Origin: an uncultured Anaeroplasmataceae bacterium
GTDB taxonomy: Bacteria > Bacillota_I > Bacilli_A > Acholeplasmatales > Anaeroplasmataceae
Direction: 5' to 3'
Assembly (NCBI GenBank): GCA_949840955.1
Contig: CATKXV010000004.1
Location: forward strand, 63,804-127,803
Length of the DNA stretch: 64,000 nucleotides
The notes below the pieces were generated by a model that saw nothing but the letters and a program-made list of their open reading frames with translations, was not told where the DNA came from and did not search any database. How positions within the stretch are numbered: position 1 is the stretch's first letter; each line of letters starts with the position of its first letter. Below are positions 17,987 to 27,581 of this stretch, piece by piece. The position numbers and the translations under genes were made by a program.

Positions 17987-20020
17987 CTAGTTTAATTTTG
18001 TTTTTTTGTAAGAAATTTGACTAAAAATCTCTTCTACTTTAGAATTCACTAAAGAAGCCTGAACATATTCCTCCAAATATTTCTTGCTATCCTCTAGAGC
18101 ACATTTCCAAATGGTAATATCCTTAGAATCAAAATCAAAGTTTAAGCTATTAAAGCCAGATTGAGCTTCTCCCAAATAATCTCCTGGCCCCCTAAGCTTA
18201 AAATCCTCCTCTGCCAGGGTAAAGCCATCATAAACCTGTGATAAAATATCCAGTCGCTTTACATATGCTTTATCTGTAACAAGATAGCAATAGGCCTGAA
18301 GTTCTCCTCTACCAACACGCCCTCTAAGCTGATGAATTTGGGATAATCCATACCGCTCTGCATCCAAAATGACCATTACTGTGGCATTTTTTACATCCAC
18401 TCCAACCTCTATGACTGTAGTAGATAACAAGCAATCGATTGTCCCATTTTTAAAGGAGGTCATTACTTCATCCTTGTCCTTTGCTTTCATTTTTCCATGA
18501 AGGATCCCCAGCTTAGCCTGAGGTAATTGCTCCTTAAATATTTCAACTGCCTGATTCATATCTATAAAATCAAGAGCTTCACTTTCCTCAATTAAAGGAA
18601 CAACAACATAAATTTGTTCTCCCAAAGCCAAATGTCTTTCTAAGGTTTTAGATAACCGAGAAAGCTCATCATAGGATACAATTTGAGTCATCACTTTTTT
18701 TCGATTTGCAGGCATCGTCTTTATCATTGATAAATCAAGATCTCCAAAGCTTGTCAATCCTAAGGTTCTAGGAATAGGTGTAGCTGTTAAATACAGGGCA
18801 TCTACATTCTTAAACCTTTTTAAAAGGGTTTGTCTTTGATTTACTCCAAAGCGATGCTGTTCATCAATAATAACCAGCCCCAATTCCTTAAATAATACCT
18901 TATCTGAAAGTAAAGCATGTGTACCAATCAAAAGAGAAATTCTACCATGCAATAATCGATATAGAATATCTGTTTTTTCCTTTTGCTTCAACGAGGAAAC
19001 CAATACTTCAATTGACAGATTTGGAAATAGCCTCTTTGCTGTTTCAAAATGCTGCTTCGCAAGAATTTCTGTAGGAGCCATAAACGCTACCTGATATCCA
19101 GATAGTATTGCACCAAAAGCTACAATAAAGGCTACAATGCTTTTCCCAGAGCCTACATCTCCTTGAACCAAGCGATTCATTATTTTAGAAGATTGTAAAT
19201 CTTCTAAGCATTCATGAATTACAGATTTTTGATCCGCAGTAAGCGGATATGGCAAGGAGGAAATCTTCTGTTGTATTGGAAGGAAATCAAAAGTTTTAGG
19301 TTCTTTTCCTTCCTGGCCACGAAGGCTTTTTAAGGCCTCAAGCTGTAGTGTATACCAAAAAAAATCCTCATATCGAATTCTTCTTCGAACCCTTTCACAG
19401 TCCATAACATTTTTAGGAAAATGTGCATAGCGAATGATTTCCTCTAAGGAGCCCAAACGATATTTCACTATGAATTCTAAGGGCAACTCATCTTCTATAG
19501 CATATCCTGATTCTAAAACATTTCGAATCGCATTTTGAATGGATTTGTTCTTAATATCTGGCAGTCCATAATCTAAATCAATTCGGCTTGTAAAATCCTC
19601 AAAAAAAACAGTGATTAAGCTAAATTCCTTCTCTTTTTCCTTATATTTCCCATAACCAATAAAGGGAAGCCCAACCTGAAGCTTAAATCGCAAATATTCT
19701 CCTGAAAAAATGACACATTTCACCTTAATTTGATTAACATAAGCATAAAAAACAAAGGCCTTAGAGCGACTTCTTGTCTTAATCCAAATCGGTCTAGAAG
19801 CAACCTTAGCTCTAAAGCATAGCAGCTCACCACTAAAGGCATGGGTATCATCCACCTGATAGATTGCATATTTTTTAGGAAAAAATAAAAGAAGATCCTT
19901 TGGTGTATAAATATGATGTGCATTGAGTCGATCTAACGTTACAGGTCCTATATTTTTAATATCCTTTAATTCCAAAGACACCTTCTCCTTTCTTACAGAA
20001 AAATGGTTGGATTTCTCCAA
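17987..20020 (-). CDS. recG: ATP-dependent DNA helicase RecG
   Basis: 677 aa with Walker A GDVGSGKS, DEQHRFG, and a C-terminal helicase domain (QLRGRVGRG). Confidence 0.95.
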   Translation of the reverse strand: MEKSNHFSVRKEKVSLELKDIKNIGPVTLDRLNAHHIYTPKDLLLFFPKKYAIYQVDDTHAFSGELLCFRAKVASRPIWIKTRSRSKAFVFYAYVNQIKVKCVIFSGEYLRFKLQVGLPFIGYGKYKEKEKEFSLITVFFEDFTSRIDLDYGLPDIKNKSIQNAIRNVLESGYAIEDELPLEFIVKYRLGSLEEIIRYAHFPKNVMDCERVRRRIRYEDFFWYTLQLEALKSLRGQEGKEPKTFDFLPIQQKISSLPYPLTADQKSVIHECLEDLQSSKIMNRLVQGDVGSGKSIVAFIVAFGAILSGYQVAFMAPTEILAKQHFETAKRLFPNLSIEVLVSSLKQKEKTDILYRLLHGRISLLIGTHALLSDKVLFKELGLVIIDEQHRFGVNQRQTLLKRFKNVDALYLTATPIPRTLGLTSFGDLDLSMIKTMPANRKKVMTQIVSYDELSRLSKTLERHLALGEQIYVVVPLIEESEALDFIDMNQAVEIFKEQLPQAKLGILHGKMKAKDKDEVMTSFKNGTIDCLLSTTVIEVGVDVKNATVMVILDAERYGLSQIHQLRGRVGRGELQAYCYLVTDKAYVKRLDILSQVYDGFTLAEEDFKLRGPGDYLGEAQSGFNSLNFDFDSKDITIWKCALEDSKKYLEEYVQASLVNSKVEEIFSQISYKKTKLN

Positions 20021-20045
20021 CCATCGAATATTATATTAACAAAGA

Positions 20046-21662
20046 CTATTCCACTGCAATAATATACGAATAAATATCCTGTTCTCCGTCGATAATTTCA
20101 ACCTCGATATCAGAGTTTTCAGCAAGGCATAGCTCTTCTAGCATATCCTTTTCTTCACTTGCAACCTCTTTACCACAAAAGAAGGTTACAATTTGACTAT
20201 CCTCATCAATTAGTTTTTTCAAAAGAGCTTTTAAGGCATCTGTTTGCTTTTGGGTAGAAACAACAATTTCACCATTTGCAATACCCATAAAATCCCCTTC
20301 TACTATTTTTATTCCACCAATCTCTGTATCACGAACAGAATAGGTAATTTCTCCTGTTTTTACATGCTCAACCGCTTCTGTCATAGCTTCTAAATTGGTT
20401 TCTAGATTAGCTTCTGGATCAAATACCATAAGGGAAGCATAGCCCTGAGCAATCGTTTTAGCCTTTAAAACGGCCACATTGGAATCTTTAATAAGGGTTG
20501 TAGCCTGCTTTGCTGCCATAACCACATTTCCATTATTCGGTATAATAATTATATTTTCAGCATTCACCTTTTTACAAGCTTCGACAAAGGCCTCTGTTGA
20601 AGGGTTCATCGTTTGACCACCCTCAATTACATAATCAACCCCTAAATCCTGAAAGGTTTGTGTAATTCCTTCACCAAAACAAACTGCAATTAAGGCAAAT
20701 TCTTTTTTTGGTGTAACACCTAATACCTTCGCACCATTTTCTAGATGCGTATGTCCGACTCTTTGGTTTTCAATTTTTATATCTGTAAGCTCTCCATATT
20801 TTAAAGCCTGCTCTAAAACTAAGCCAGGATGATCTGTATGAAGATGAATTTTACATACAGCATTTTCTAAAACCATATATAAAGCTTCTCCTAGGCAGGA
20901 TAAAGAAGACTTTAATGCTCCTTCATCAAAGCTTTTGGAATCCTTTAATTCAATAAAGAATTCTGTACAATAAATATTTTTAAGCTCTACTGGCTTTTCT
21001 GTAGAGGATTGTGTGGCTCCATCAGATGCTTCTAGCATTTGACCATTCAAAGCCATAATCATACCCTTTATGATTTCTAAAAATCCAGCCCCACCACTAT
21101 CAACTACTCCAGATTCCTTTAAAACAGGTAAAAGATTTGGTGTATTATTTAAAGAAACTAAGGCTGCATTCTGATAATATAGCATGAGCTCCTCAATCGT
21201 CTTAAATTCTTTCATATGGGCTCTTGTTGCCTCAGCTGCCTCACGAACTACAGTTAGAATTGTTCCTTCTACAGGCTCCATAACTGCCTTATACGCAACC
21301 TTACATCCAGATTCAAAGCACACCATTAAATCCTCTAAGGATAAATAATTATGCTCTAGCTTCTGCATACCAACATAAATTCCACGGAAAAATTGAGAAA
21401 GGATAACTCCTGAATTTCCACGGGCTCCCATTAGAGCTCCACGGGATAGGACCTTCCCAACCTCTATAATAGATGAGGATACACAAGATTCCATCTCGCG
21501 TACACCTGACATCACTGTCATCGACATATTTGTTCCAGTATCTCCATCTGGCACAGGAAAAACATTTAATTCATCCACTCTCTTGTGGTTATTCTTTAAA
21601 TTAATAGCGCCGTTCATTACCATTTTTTTGAATAAAGCTACGCTAACACTGCTTACCGCCAT
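20046..21662 (-). CDS. yloV: DAK2-domain fusion protein YloV
   Basis: Motif VPDGDTGTNM. The ATG at 21660-21662 lies 6 nt after AGGAGG. It sits upstream of recG, as in B. subtilis. Confidence 0.88.
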   Translation of the reverse strand: MAVSSVSVALFKKMVMNGAINLKNNHKRVDELNVFPVPDGDTGTNMSMTVMSGVREMESCVSSSIIEVGKVLSRGALMGARGNSGVILSQFFRGIYVGMQKLEHNYLSLEDLMVCFESGCKVAYKAVMEPVEGTILTVVREAAEATRAHMKEFKTIEELMLYYQNAALVSLNNTPNLLPVLKESGVVDSGGAGFLEIIKGMIMALNGQMLEASDGATQSSTEKPVELKNIYCTEFFIELKDSKSFDEGALKSSLSCLGEALYMVLENAVCKIHLHTDHPGLVLEQALKYGELTDIKIENQRVGHTHLENGAKVLGVTPKKEFALIAVCFGEGITQTFQDLGVDYVIEGGQTMNPSTEAFVEACKKVNAENIIIIPNNGNVVMAAKQATTLIKDSNVAVLKAKTIAQGYASLMVFDPEANLETNLEAMTEAVEHVKTGEITYSVRDTEIGGIKIVEGDFMGIANGEIVVSTQKQTDALKALLKKLIDEDSQIVTFFCGKEVASEEKDMLEELCLAENSDIEVEIIDGEQDIYSYIIAVE

Positions 21663-21819
21663 GGTAATCCTCCTAAATATCAAATTAAGTATATATGTAT
21701 AGCCTACTGGCTATGGGTAATCAAAATCAAAAAACTAACTCTTCCAAAATCTAAAATTTTACACAATTCGACTCGATAAAATTCACCTCTACTATAATGA
21801 AATGTTTAATTCATTTAAC

Positions 21820-21848
21820 ATTATAGCACTAAAACCTTAAAATGTAAA
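21820..21848 (-). promoter_or_regulatory. sigmaA-type promoter for yloV-recG (about 150-nt leader)
   Basis: Minus strand reads TTTACA (21848-21843), 17 nt, TATAAT (21825-21820). Confidence 0.5.
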
Positions 21849-21938
21849 ACAAAAAATGCATTTAAAGGTGGCGACTTTTAAAATATACCAATTTTTTCAT
21901 AAAATGTCAAACATTATTATAAAAAAATTAAAAAGTTC

Positions 21939-21967
21939 TTGCATTTCTATTGAATTTAAGGTATACT
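21939..21967 (+). promoter_or_regulatory. sigmaA-type promoter of rpmB
   Basis: TTGCAT (21939-21944), 17 nt, TATACT (21962-21967). It lies 45 nt upstream of the rpmB ATG; the RBS is AAGGAGG. Confidence 0.6.
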
Positions 21968-22012
21968 AATAAGGCTTGAAGTTTTATTTTAACGTCATAA
22001 GGAGGTAAGACT

Positions 22013-22201
22013 ATGGCTAAATGTTATATCACTGGTAAAACAACAGTAACAGGAAACAAGAGATCTCATGCTTTAAATGCTACTCGTCGTACATGGAAGG
22101 CTAACCTTCAAACTGTTCGTATCAAGGATGAGAACGGTAACGTTAAGAAGGTAAAAATTTCTGCTAGAGCTTTAAAAAATTTAAAATTAGAAAGAGCTTA
22201 A
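22013..22201 (+). CDS. rpmB: 50S ribosomal protein L28
   Basis: 62-aa [36 protein letters not shown], a canonical L28 sequence. Confidence 0.97.
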   Translation: MAKCYITGKTTVTGNKRSHALNATRRTWKANLQTVRIKDENGNVKKVKISARALKNLKLERA

Positions 22202-22214
22202 TCTCTTAAAAATT

Positions 22215-22245
22215 AAGAGGGACGAAAACCGTCCCTCTTCTTGTT
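22215..22245 (+). terminator. Rho-independent terminator of rpmB
   Basis: AAGAGGGACG (22215-22224), loop aaaac, CGTCCCTCTT (22230-22239), then CTTGTT. Confidence 0.75.
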
Positions 22246-22250
22246 CAAAA

Positions 22251-22281
22251 AAGGAGAACGAATGCGAGTTCTCCTTTTTTT
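22251..22281. terminator. bidirectional terminator between rpmB and the convergent beta-propeller gene
   Basis: AAGGAGAAC (22251-22259) pairs with GTTCTCCTT (22268-22276). An A-run precedes it and a T-run follows. Confidence 0.7.
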
Positions 22282-22321
22282 ATACACTTTTACCTATGGA
22301 AGCTTAAACTACATTGATTTA

Positions 22322-24052
22322 TTAAAATTGCTCTAAAATGATTTGCTTTCCATCTGTTATATATAGAATTCCTTCAATCAAAAAGGCTCGACTTGCCTGC
22401 TTCTCATGGCTGGCATTTTTTATAGGAATTTCTTTTTGAATGGAGATAACATTTTCTGATGCCTCAACATCTATCTTAAACATCAGATAGGTATCATAGG
22501 CTGCTTGAACCCCAAAATAGAAATAGGAGGCATCCTGATAGAAAAATAAGGCCTTATGATTTTCAAACATAGACGGATATATTCCTGTATTGAAATAATC
22601 TTTTGTAGGAAGATTATAAGAAAGAATGAAATCCTTACCAATTTGAGCTGTCCCATTTGTTTTTTCATATACAGAAATTTTAGTACTGCCTCGAGCATCT
22701 GTATAGCCTAGTCCTAGCACATATTCCTTATTTTTGATTTGAAAGGTATGGAGATAATTGGAATAGCCTGGAGCTTCATAGGCTGAAATTATTTTAGGCT
22801 CTGCTGGATTTGAGCAATCAATTTCATAAAGAGGATCTGTATTCTCATAGGTCACAATATAGCAGGTATTCTTATCAAAGCGTACAGATTTTACCTCCTG
22901 ATACTCCTTACCAATTCCTTGATCCAAATACCCTACTCTTTTACAAGCATCGTTTAAATCAAAAATGGATAGTGCATTCATTTCTAAAGCATTTCTTGTT
23001 TTATCAGTTGTTACTACACGGAAAAATCCTTCATACTCATCCATAGAAAATTGATTTAAAACGGTGCCCAATAACCGAATCACTCCAATAGGCTCTAGCT
23101 CTAAGGTGAACATAGAAATGGACGTGATATTTTTCTCCTTTGCAGCAAAATAGAAGGTCTGGGAAGAGGCATAAAGCTTAACCTCATTTGTAGATAAAAG
23201 CTGGGTTTCTTTTTTTTCTAAGCCTGTTAGATTTAATTTAATTAGAGAATAAACATAGCGGGGGTTACTAAAGGAATCATAATAGCAGGAGGTATACTTC
23301 ACTTCCTCCTTACCCATGATAGTCCCTGAGGCTAGATAAAGAATTCCATCTGTGAGTCTAGAGGTAAGATAGATATCATAGGCTAGCTCATCCTTTTTGG
23401 TAAGCCTCTCTTGCTTCCATTCATATATTCTTGTTTTTTTCGTTCCAAGGGTAATGATTTTATCCTCAAATATATATAGCTCTTTGCCATCATCTAGACT
23501 CTCTGCTATAATGGAATTCGTCTCAGCCTTATAAATATAAAGCTTATTTAGATCAAAATAATAGATATATTTTCCATCTGATTTTGCAACATCCGATTCA
23601 TCTACTCCTTGGACTTGTACATTGGTTTGAAAGGAACTTTCCCCAGTATTTGTAGGAGGAGGTAGAGCATCGTCCTTAGAGCTACTGCATCCAATGAATT
23701 GCAAAGAAAATAGATTCTGTAGAATGGAGCTTTTTTCATTCCGAAATGTTTTTTTATTTTGGTAATCTAAGACAATTTTATCATATTGATTTTTGGAATC
23801 TATCGGTATAAGCTGATTCAAATCTTCTTGCATGATTTCATTTCTTATCTTCTCATTATGCCTTTCTATTCCAGCGTTATAGCCTAAGATATATAGGTGC
23901 TGAATACCTAAGGCTAAAAGTAAAATTCCAAATGCTGTAGCAAATACGTAGCGTAGCTTAAATTGAAATTGGCGCTTCTGCTTCGTTTCTTTTTGGGGAA
24001 AGGTGCTCTCATATTCCTTTTTTAGGTTTTTTTTGTATTCCCTTAATTTCAT
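22322..24052 (-). CDS. membrane-anchored beta-propeller domain protein (COG4880 / Beta_propel-like), sigma-factor-coupled
   Basis: 576 aa with a single TM (YVFATAFGILLLALGIQHLYILG) after a basic N-terminus of about 34 aa. The C-terminal block VRFDKNTCYIVTYENTDPLYEIDCSNPAEPKIISAYEAPGYSNYLH matches the remembered VRF..YvVTF...DPL..iDLS.P..P.....pGyS.YLH signature. Its ATG overlaps the sigma gene stop by 4 nt. Confidence 0.65.
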   Translation of the reverse strand: MKLREYKKNLKKEYESTFPQKETKQKRQFQFKLRYVFATAFGILLLALGIQHLYILGYNAGIERHNEKIRNEIMQEDLNQLIPIDSKNQYDKIVLDYQNKKTFRNEKSSILQNLFSLQFIGCSSSKDDALPPPTNTGESSFQTNVQVQGVDESDVAKSDGKYIYYFDLNKLYIYKAETNSIIAESLDDGKELYIFEDKIITLGTKKTRIYEWKQERLTKKDELAYDIYLTSRLTDGILYLASGTIMGKEEVKYTSCYYDSFSNPRYVYSLIKLNLTGLEKKETQLLSTNEVKLYASSQTFYFAAKEKNITSISMFTLELEPIGVIRLLGTVLNQFSMDEYEGFFRVVTTDKTRNALEMNALSIFDLNDACKRVGYLDQGIGKEYQEVKSVRFDKNTCYIVTYENTDPLYEIDCSNPAEPKIISAYEAPGYSNYLHTFQIKNKEYVLGLGYTDARGSTKISVYEKTNGTAQIGKDFILSYNLPTKDYFNTGIYPSMFENHKALFFYQDASYFYFGVQAAYDTYLMFKIDVEASENVISIQKEIPIKNASHEKQASRAFLIEGILYITDGKQIILEQF

Positions 24053-24546
24053 ATTTCATCATCCTTTAGACTGTTTTTTAGTTTTTGTTTGGCTTGGCTG
24101 TAATATTGGTTTACTATAAAAGGCTTAATATTTAATATTTCAGAAATTCGTTTTGTTGTGTGGCCACACAATACCTTCATTAAGAAAACCTCACGCTCTT
24201 GCTCCTGTAGGTGGCGAATCGCATAATACAAATAGGGGTGAGTACTTTTTTCATCTGGATAGAAATCAACCTCATCAAGCGTATGCTCTTTTCTCTTTTT
24301 CACATAATCTAAGGCTGTGTTCTTAGCCATTAAATATATCCAAGCACGAAAATTTTTAGTTTGATACTTTGGCAAAGCCTGAGCAACCTTGACATAGGTA
24401 TCCTGAACTAAATCCTCAACAATATGTCGATTCGGGATTATGGTATAAATCGCATAACGAACCAAATCCTTTGTTGCATAATAAATTTTATCAAAGGATG
24501 TCTGATTGCCTGATTTATATTTTTCAGCTTCTTTTTCTAAATCCAT
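24049..24546 (-). CDS. ECF-type RNA polymerase sigma-70 family factor
   Basis: Region 2 (VEDLVQDTYVKVAQALPKY, FRAWIYLMAKNTALDY) and a region 4 HTH (TTKRISEILNIKPFIVNQYYSQAKQKL). The ATG at 24544-24546 after GAGGTGGGG is preferred over the track start. Confidence 0.85.
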   Translation of the reverse strand: MDLEKEAEKYKSGNQTSFDKIYYATKDLVRYAIYTIIPNRHIVEDLVQDTYVKVAQALPKYQTKNFRAWIYLMAKNTALDYVKKRKEHTLDEVDFYPDEKSTHPYLYYAIRHLQEQEREVFLMKVLCGHTTKRISEILNIKPFIVNQYYSQAKQKLKNSLKDDEI

Positions 24547-24613
24547 TTTCCCCACCTCACTTAATATAACGAACAACTAAAGAATTTTTAAGAATATTTT
24601 ATCACATTTTTTG

Positions 24614-24645
24614 AAAAAAGAAAAAAAGAACAGAAAATCTGTTCT
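24614..24645 (-). terminator. Rho-independent terminator after cadA
   Basis: AGAACAG (24627-24633) pairs with CTGTTCT (24639-24645). A long T-rich run follows on the minus strand. Confidence 0.65.
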
Positions 24646-26512
24646 AATCCTTGATTTTAGCACAGCGCATTGCATTCAAAATAGCCAAAATTGCTACTCC
24701 AACATCAGCAAATACACCTAGCCACATATTGCTATAGCCTAAAGCAGACAGAATCAATACAATTCCCTTTACTCCTAAAGCAAAAATTATATTTTCAAAA
24801 ACAATACGCATCGTCTTTTTTGCTATTTTTTTAGCAGTAGATATTCCTCTTAAATCATCCTTCATTAGGACAATATCAGAGGCCTCTATGGCAGCATCTG
24901 AGCCAACAGCACCCATAGAAATTCCAATATCTGAACGCATTAATACAGGGGCATCATTAATCCCATCCCCAACAAAGGAAAGATACTCCTTTTCTTTTTG
25001 CTTTGCCAATAAAGCCTCTACCTCAACCACTTTATTTTGAGGCAATAAAGAAGCCTTATAGGAGGTTACTCCTAAGGTGGCAGCTACCTCTTTAGCCACA
25101 GCTTCATTATCCCCAGTAAGCATAATGGTCGCATTTCCCATTTGATTTAATTCACGAATTACATCTGGAGCTTCCTCCTTGATTTCATCACTAATCGATA
25201 TGGAGCCTATAAATTCATCATTTTTGGCTACATAAATCACAGTTCCTATATGCTGAACCCTTTGATAGTCTATTCCATGAGCTTCCATAAGCTTTTCATT
25301 TCCACAATATATGGTAGTATTCTTCTTTGTTGCAATAATACCTAATCCTGGAGCATCTGTTAAAACATAGCCATCCTCTGTAGGCTGCTGTATAGATAGA
25401 ATACTTTTAGCAATAGGATGATTGGAATCAGCCTCAGCGATTGCAGCAAGCTTTAAAATTTCTTCTCTTTTTTCCTCTGGAAGGATTTTTGTTACTGCAA
25501 AATTTCCTTTAGTTAAGGTTCCCGTCTTATCAAAAACAAAGGTATGAACCTTGTTGAACTTTTCCAAATAATTACTACCTTTAATTAATATTCCCTTCTT
25601 TGAAGCAGATCCAATTCCTGCAAAGAAGGATAAAGGAATGGAGATAACCAATGCACATGGACAAGAAACAACCAAGAAATTTAATGCTCGATAAATCCAA
25701 TCGATATAATCCTTTGTGATAACACCAGGTATAATAGCCAAAAGCAAAGCAAGAATAACTACAGTAGGTGTATAGTATTTAGCAAATTTTGTGATAAAGT
25801 TTTCAGCCTTAGATTTTTGTTCTGAGGCGTTTTCTACCAAATCAAGTATCTTGGATACCGTTGAGTTGTGAAATGCGCTCTTGACGCGAATTTGAAGGGT
25901 TTGCGTAAGATTCACAGATCCACTTAATATTTCATCCCCTGTTTTTACCTCTCTTGGTAAGGATTCTCCTGTTAAGGCCTTCGTATCCAAGGTAGATTCT
26001 CCTTCTAAAATAATTCCATCCAAAGGAACCTTTTCTCCAGGCTTAACAAGGATAATTTCTTCTAGCTCTACTTCCTCTGGGTCTACCGTTTCAATTTCAC
26101 CATTTCGCAGAACATTCGCAAAATCCGGACGAATATCCATTAAACTTGATATGGATTTTCTTGATTTTCCAACAGCATAGCCCTGGAAAAATTCTCCTAC
26201 CTGATAAAACAAAATAACCGCAACTGCTTCCTCATAGGAGCTGATGGAAAAGGCTCCTATTGTAGCTACACACATTAAGAAATTTTCATCAAAAATTTGT
26301 CCATGAAAAATATTTCTTATGGCCTTCCATAAAACATCATAGGAAATTATCAAATACACGATAAGATAAAGACTGGCTGGAAGAATCCATCCATAGGCTT
26401 CATTAGGTATAACATTTTCAAGATGAACAAAGTAATCCACTAAAAATAGGATTAAAAATAAACCTAAGGAAGCTCCAATTCTTATTAAAGTTTTTTTCTG
26501 TTTTTTTGTCAT
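24644..26512 (-). CDS. cadA: P1B-type heavy-metal (Cd/Zn/Co-type) translocating ATPase, without N-terminal metal-binding domain
   Basis: Membrane CPC motif (VSCPCALVISIP), DKTGTLT, TGDN and GDGINDAP. The protein begins directly with TM helices. Confidence 0.9.
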   Translation of the reverse strand: MTKKQKKTLIRIGASLGLFLILFLVDYFVHLENVIPNEAYGWILPASLYLIVYLIISYDVLWKAIRNIFHGQIFDENFLMCVATIGAFSISSYEEAVAVILFYQVGEFFQGYAVGKSRKSISSLMDIRPDFANVLRNGEIETVDPEEVELEEIILVKPGEKVPLDGIILEGESTLDTKALTGESLPREVKTGDEILSGSVNLTQTLQIRVKSAFHNSTVSKILDLVENASEQKSKAENFITKFAKYYTPTVVILALLLAIIPGVITKDYIDWIYRALNFLVVSCPCALVISIPLSFFAGIGSASKKGILIKGSNYLEKFNKVHTFVFDKTGTLTKGNFAVTKILPEEKREEILKLAAIAEADSNHPIAKSILSIQQPTEDGYVLTDAPGLGIIATKKNTTIYCGNEKLMEAHGIDYQRVQHIGTVIYVAKNDEFIGSISISDEIKEEAPDVIRELNQMGNATIMLTGDNEAVAKEVAATLGVTSYKASLLPQNKVVEVEALLAKQKEKEYLSFVGDGINDAPVLMRSDIGISMGAVGSDAAIEASDIVLMKDDLRGISTAKKIAKKTMRIVFENIIFALGVKGIVLILSALGYSNMWLGVFADVGVAILAILNAMRCAKIKD

Positions 26513-26527
26513 ATGATCCCTCTATTT

Positions 26528-27349
26528 TTAAAATAAATATACAAAAACCATAGCGCATAAGATTCCAACAAGCATACTTACAGCAGGAATTCTTCCATCA
26601 TCCATTAAAATGGATTGAGGAATAATTTCACAAAAGGTTACATAAAGCATAGCACCGCCTGCTATCCCCATACAAATTCCAATGGCAAGAGTACCAATTC
26701 CACCAATGGCTAAGCCAAGAAGAGCACCTATTACAGTTGCAGCTCCTGCCAAAGAGGTCAAAAGTATGGTCTTCCAGGCCTTCATTCCCCCACTGGCTAG
26801 TGGAGCTGATATAGCCATACCTTCGGGGATATTATGTACTGCAATTAAAATCGCAACCATAACTCCCATTTTTACCTCAGCAGTTCCCGTAGCACCAATA
26901 GCCATACCCTCAGGTATATTATGAAACATAATCGCTAGAAGCATAATAAGCCCTGCTTTGATTAAAGCCCCCTTATCCGTTCTTTCTTCATTTTGAGTTA
27001 ACTGAAGAACCTGAGTTTCATGATGTAAGGCTTCTAAGCTTCTATGAACATCTCTGACATTCTCCAATTTATCTAAAAGCTTATTCAAGCCAAAGGTAAC
27101 CAAGATTCCACAAAGCACAGAGGCAAAGGTTATTAAAACACCATACGAATTTCCTTCCAGTCTCGTTTTTTCAATAGATTCAGGAATCATTTCAAAAACA
27201 ACAATTCCCACCATAACGCCACCTGCAAAGCTTAAAATTCTGCTCATTACCTGATTTCCTTTATTTTTGAGCAAAACGCCAAGAATTCCGCCAATCCCTG
27301 TGCCAAAGGTTCCTGCAATAAGAGATAATACAAGAATAAGTGTATTCAT
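26528..27349 (-). CDS. ZIP-family (ZupT-like) divalent metal transporter
   Basis: 273-aa polytopic protein with the duplicated HNIPEGMAI signature and a His/Glu-rich central loop. Confidence 0.85.
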   Translation of the reverse strand: MNTLILVLSLIAGTFGTGIGGILGVLLKNKGNQVMSRILSFAGGVMVGIVVFEMIPESIEKTRLEGNSYGVLITFASVLCGILVTFGLNKLLDKLENVRDVHRSLEALHHETQVLQLTQNEERTDKGALIKAGLIMLLAIMFHNIPEGMAIGATGTAEVKMGVMVAILIAVHNIPEGMAISAPLASGGMKAWKTILLTSLAGAATVIGALLGLAIGGIGTLAIGICMGIAGGAMLYVTFCEIIPQSILMDDGRIPAVSMLVGILCAMVFVYLF

Positions 27350-27362
27350 ACTGCACGAATTC

Positions 27363-27581
27363 TTATCGCTTAATTATGCAATCTGGTTCAACCTTCTTAC
27401 ATACACGAACTACCTCATCCATAATAGCTTCAAAGGTATCATCTGGAGCCTCAATCGTCATTTTTTGAGACATAAAGCTTACACTAGCAGATTGAACTCC
27501 TTTAATTTTTAAAATACTTCTTTCCATTTTTGCTGCACAATTTGCACAGTCCAAATCCTCTAATTTAAATGTCTTTTTCAT
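27363..27581 (-). CDS. heavy-metal-associated (HMA) domain metallochaperone-like protein
   Basis: 72 aa with DCANCAAKMERSILKIKGV (CxxC ferredoxin-like HMA fold). Overlaps the ArsR gene stop by 4 nt. Confidence 0.85.
   Translation of the reverse strand: MKKTFKLEDLDCANCAAKMERSILKIKGVQSASVSFMSQKMTIEAPDDTFEAIMDEVVRVCKKVEPDCIIKR

Noticed and set aside
22262-22336. 24-codon ORF (MRVLLFLYTFTYGSLNYIDLLKLL) with an apparent AAGGAGAA RBS just after rpmB, near where spoVM sits in B. subtilis.
   Set aside because: The apparent RBS and ATG are the left arm and loop of the bidirectional terminator hairpin. The strand is opposite to that expected for spoVM, there is no similarity to SpoVM, and the ORF overlaps the convergent gene's 3' end.
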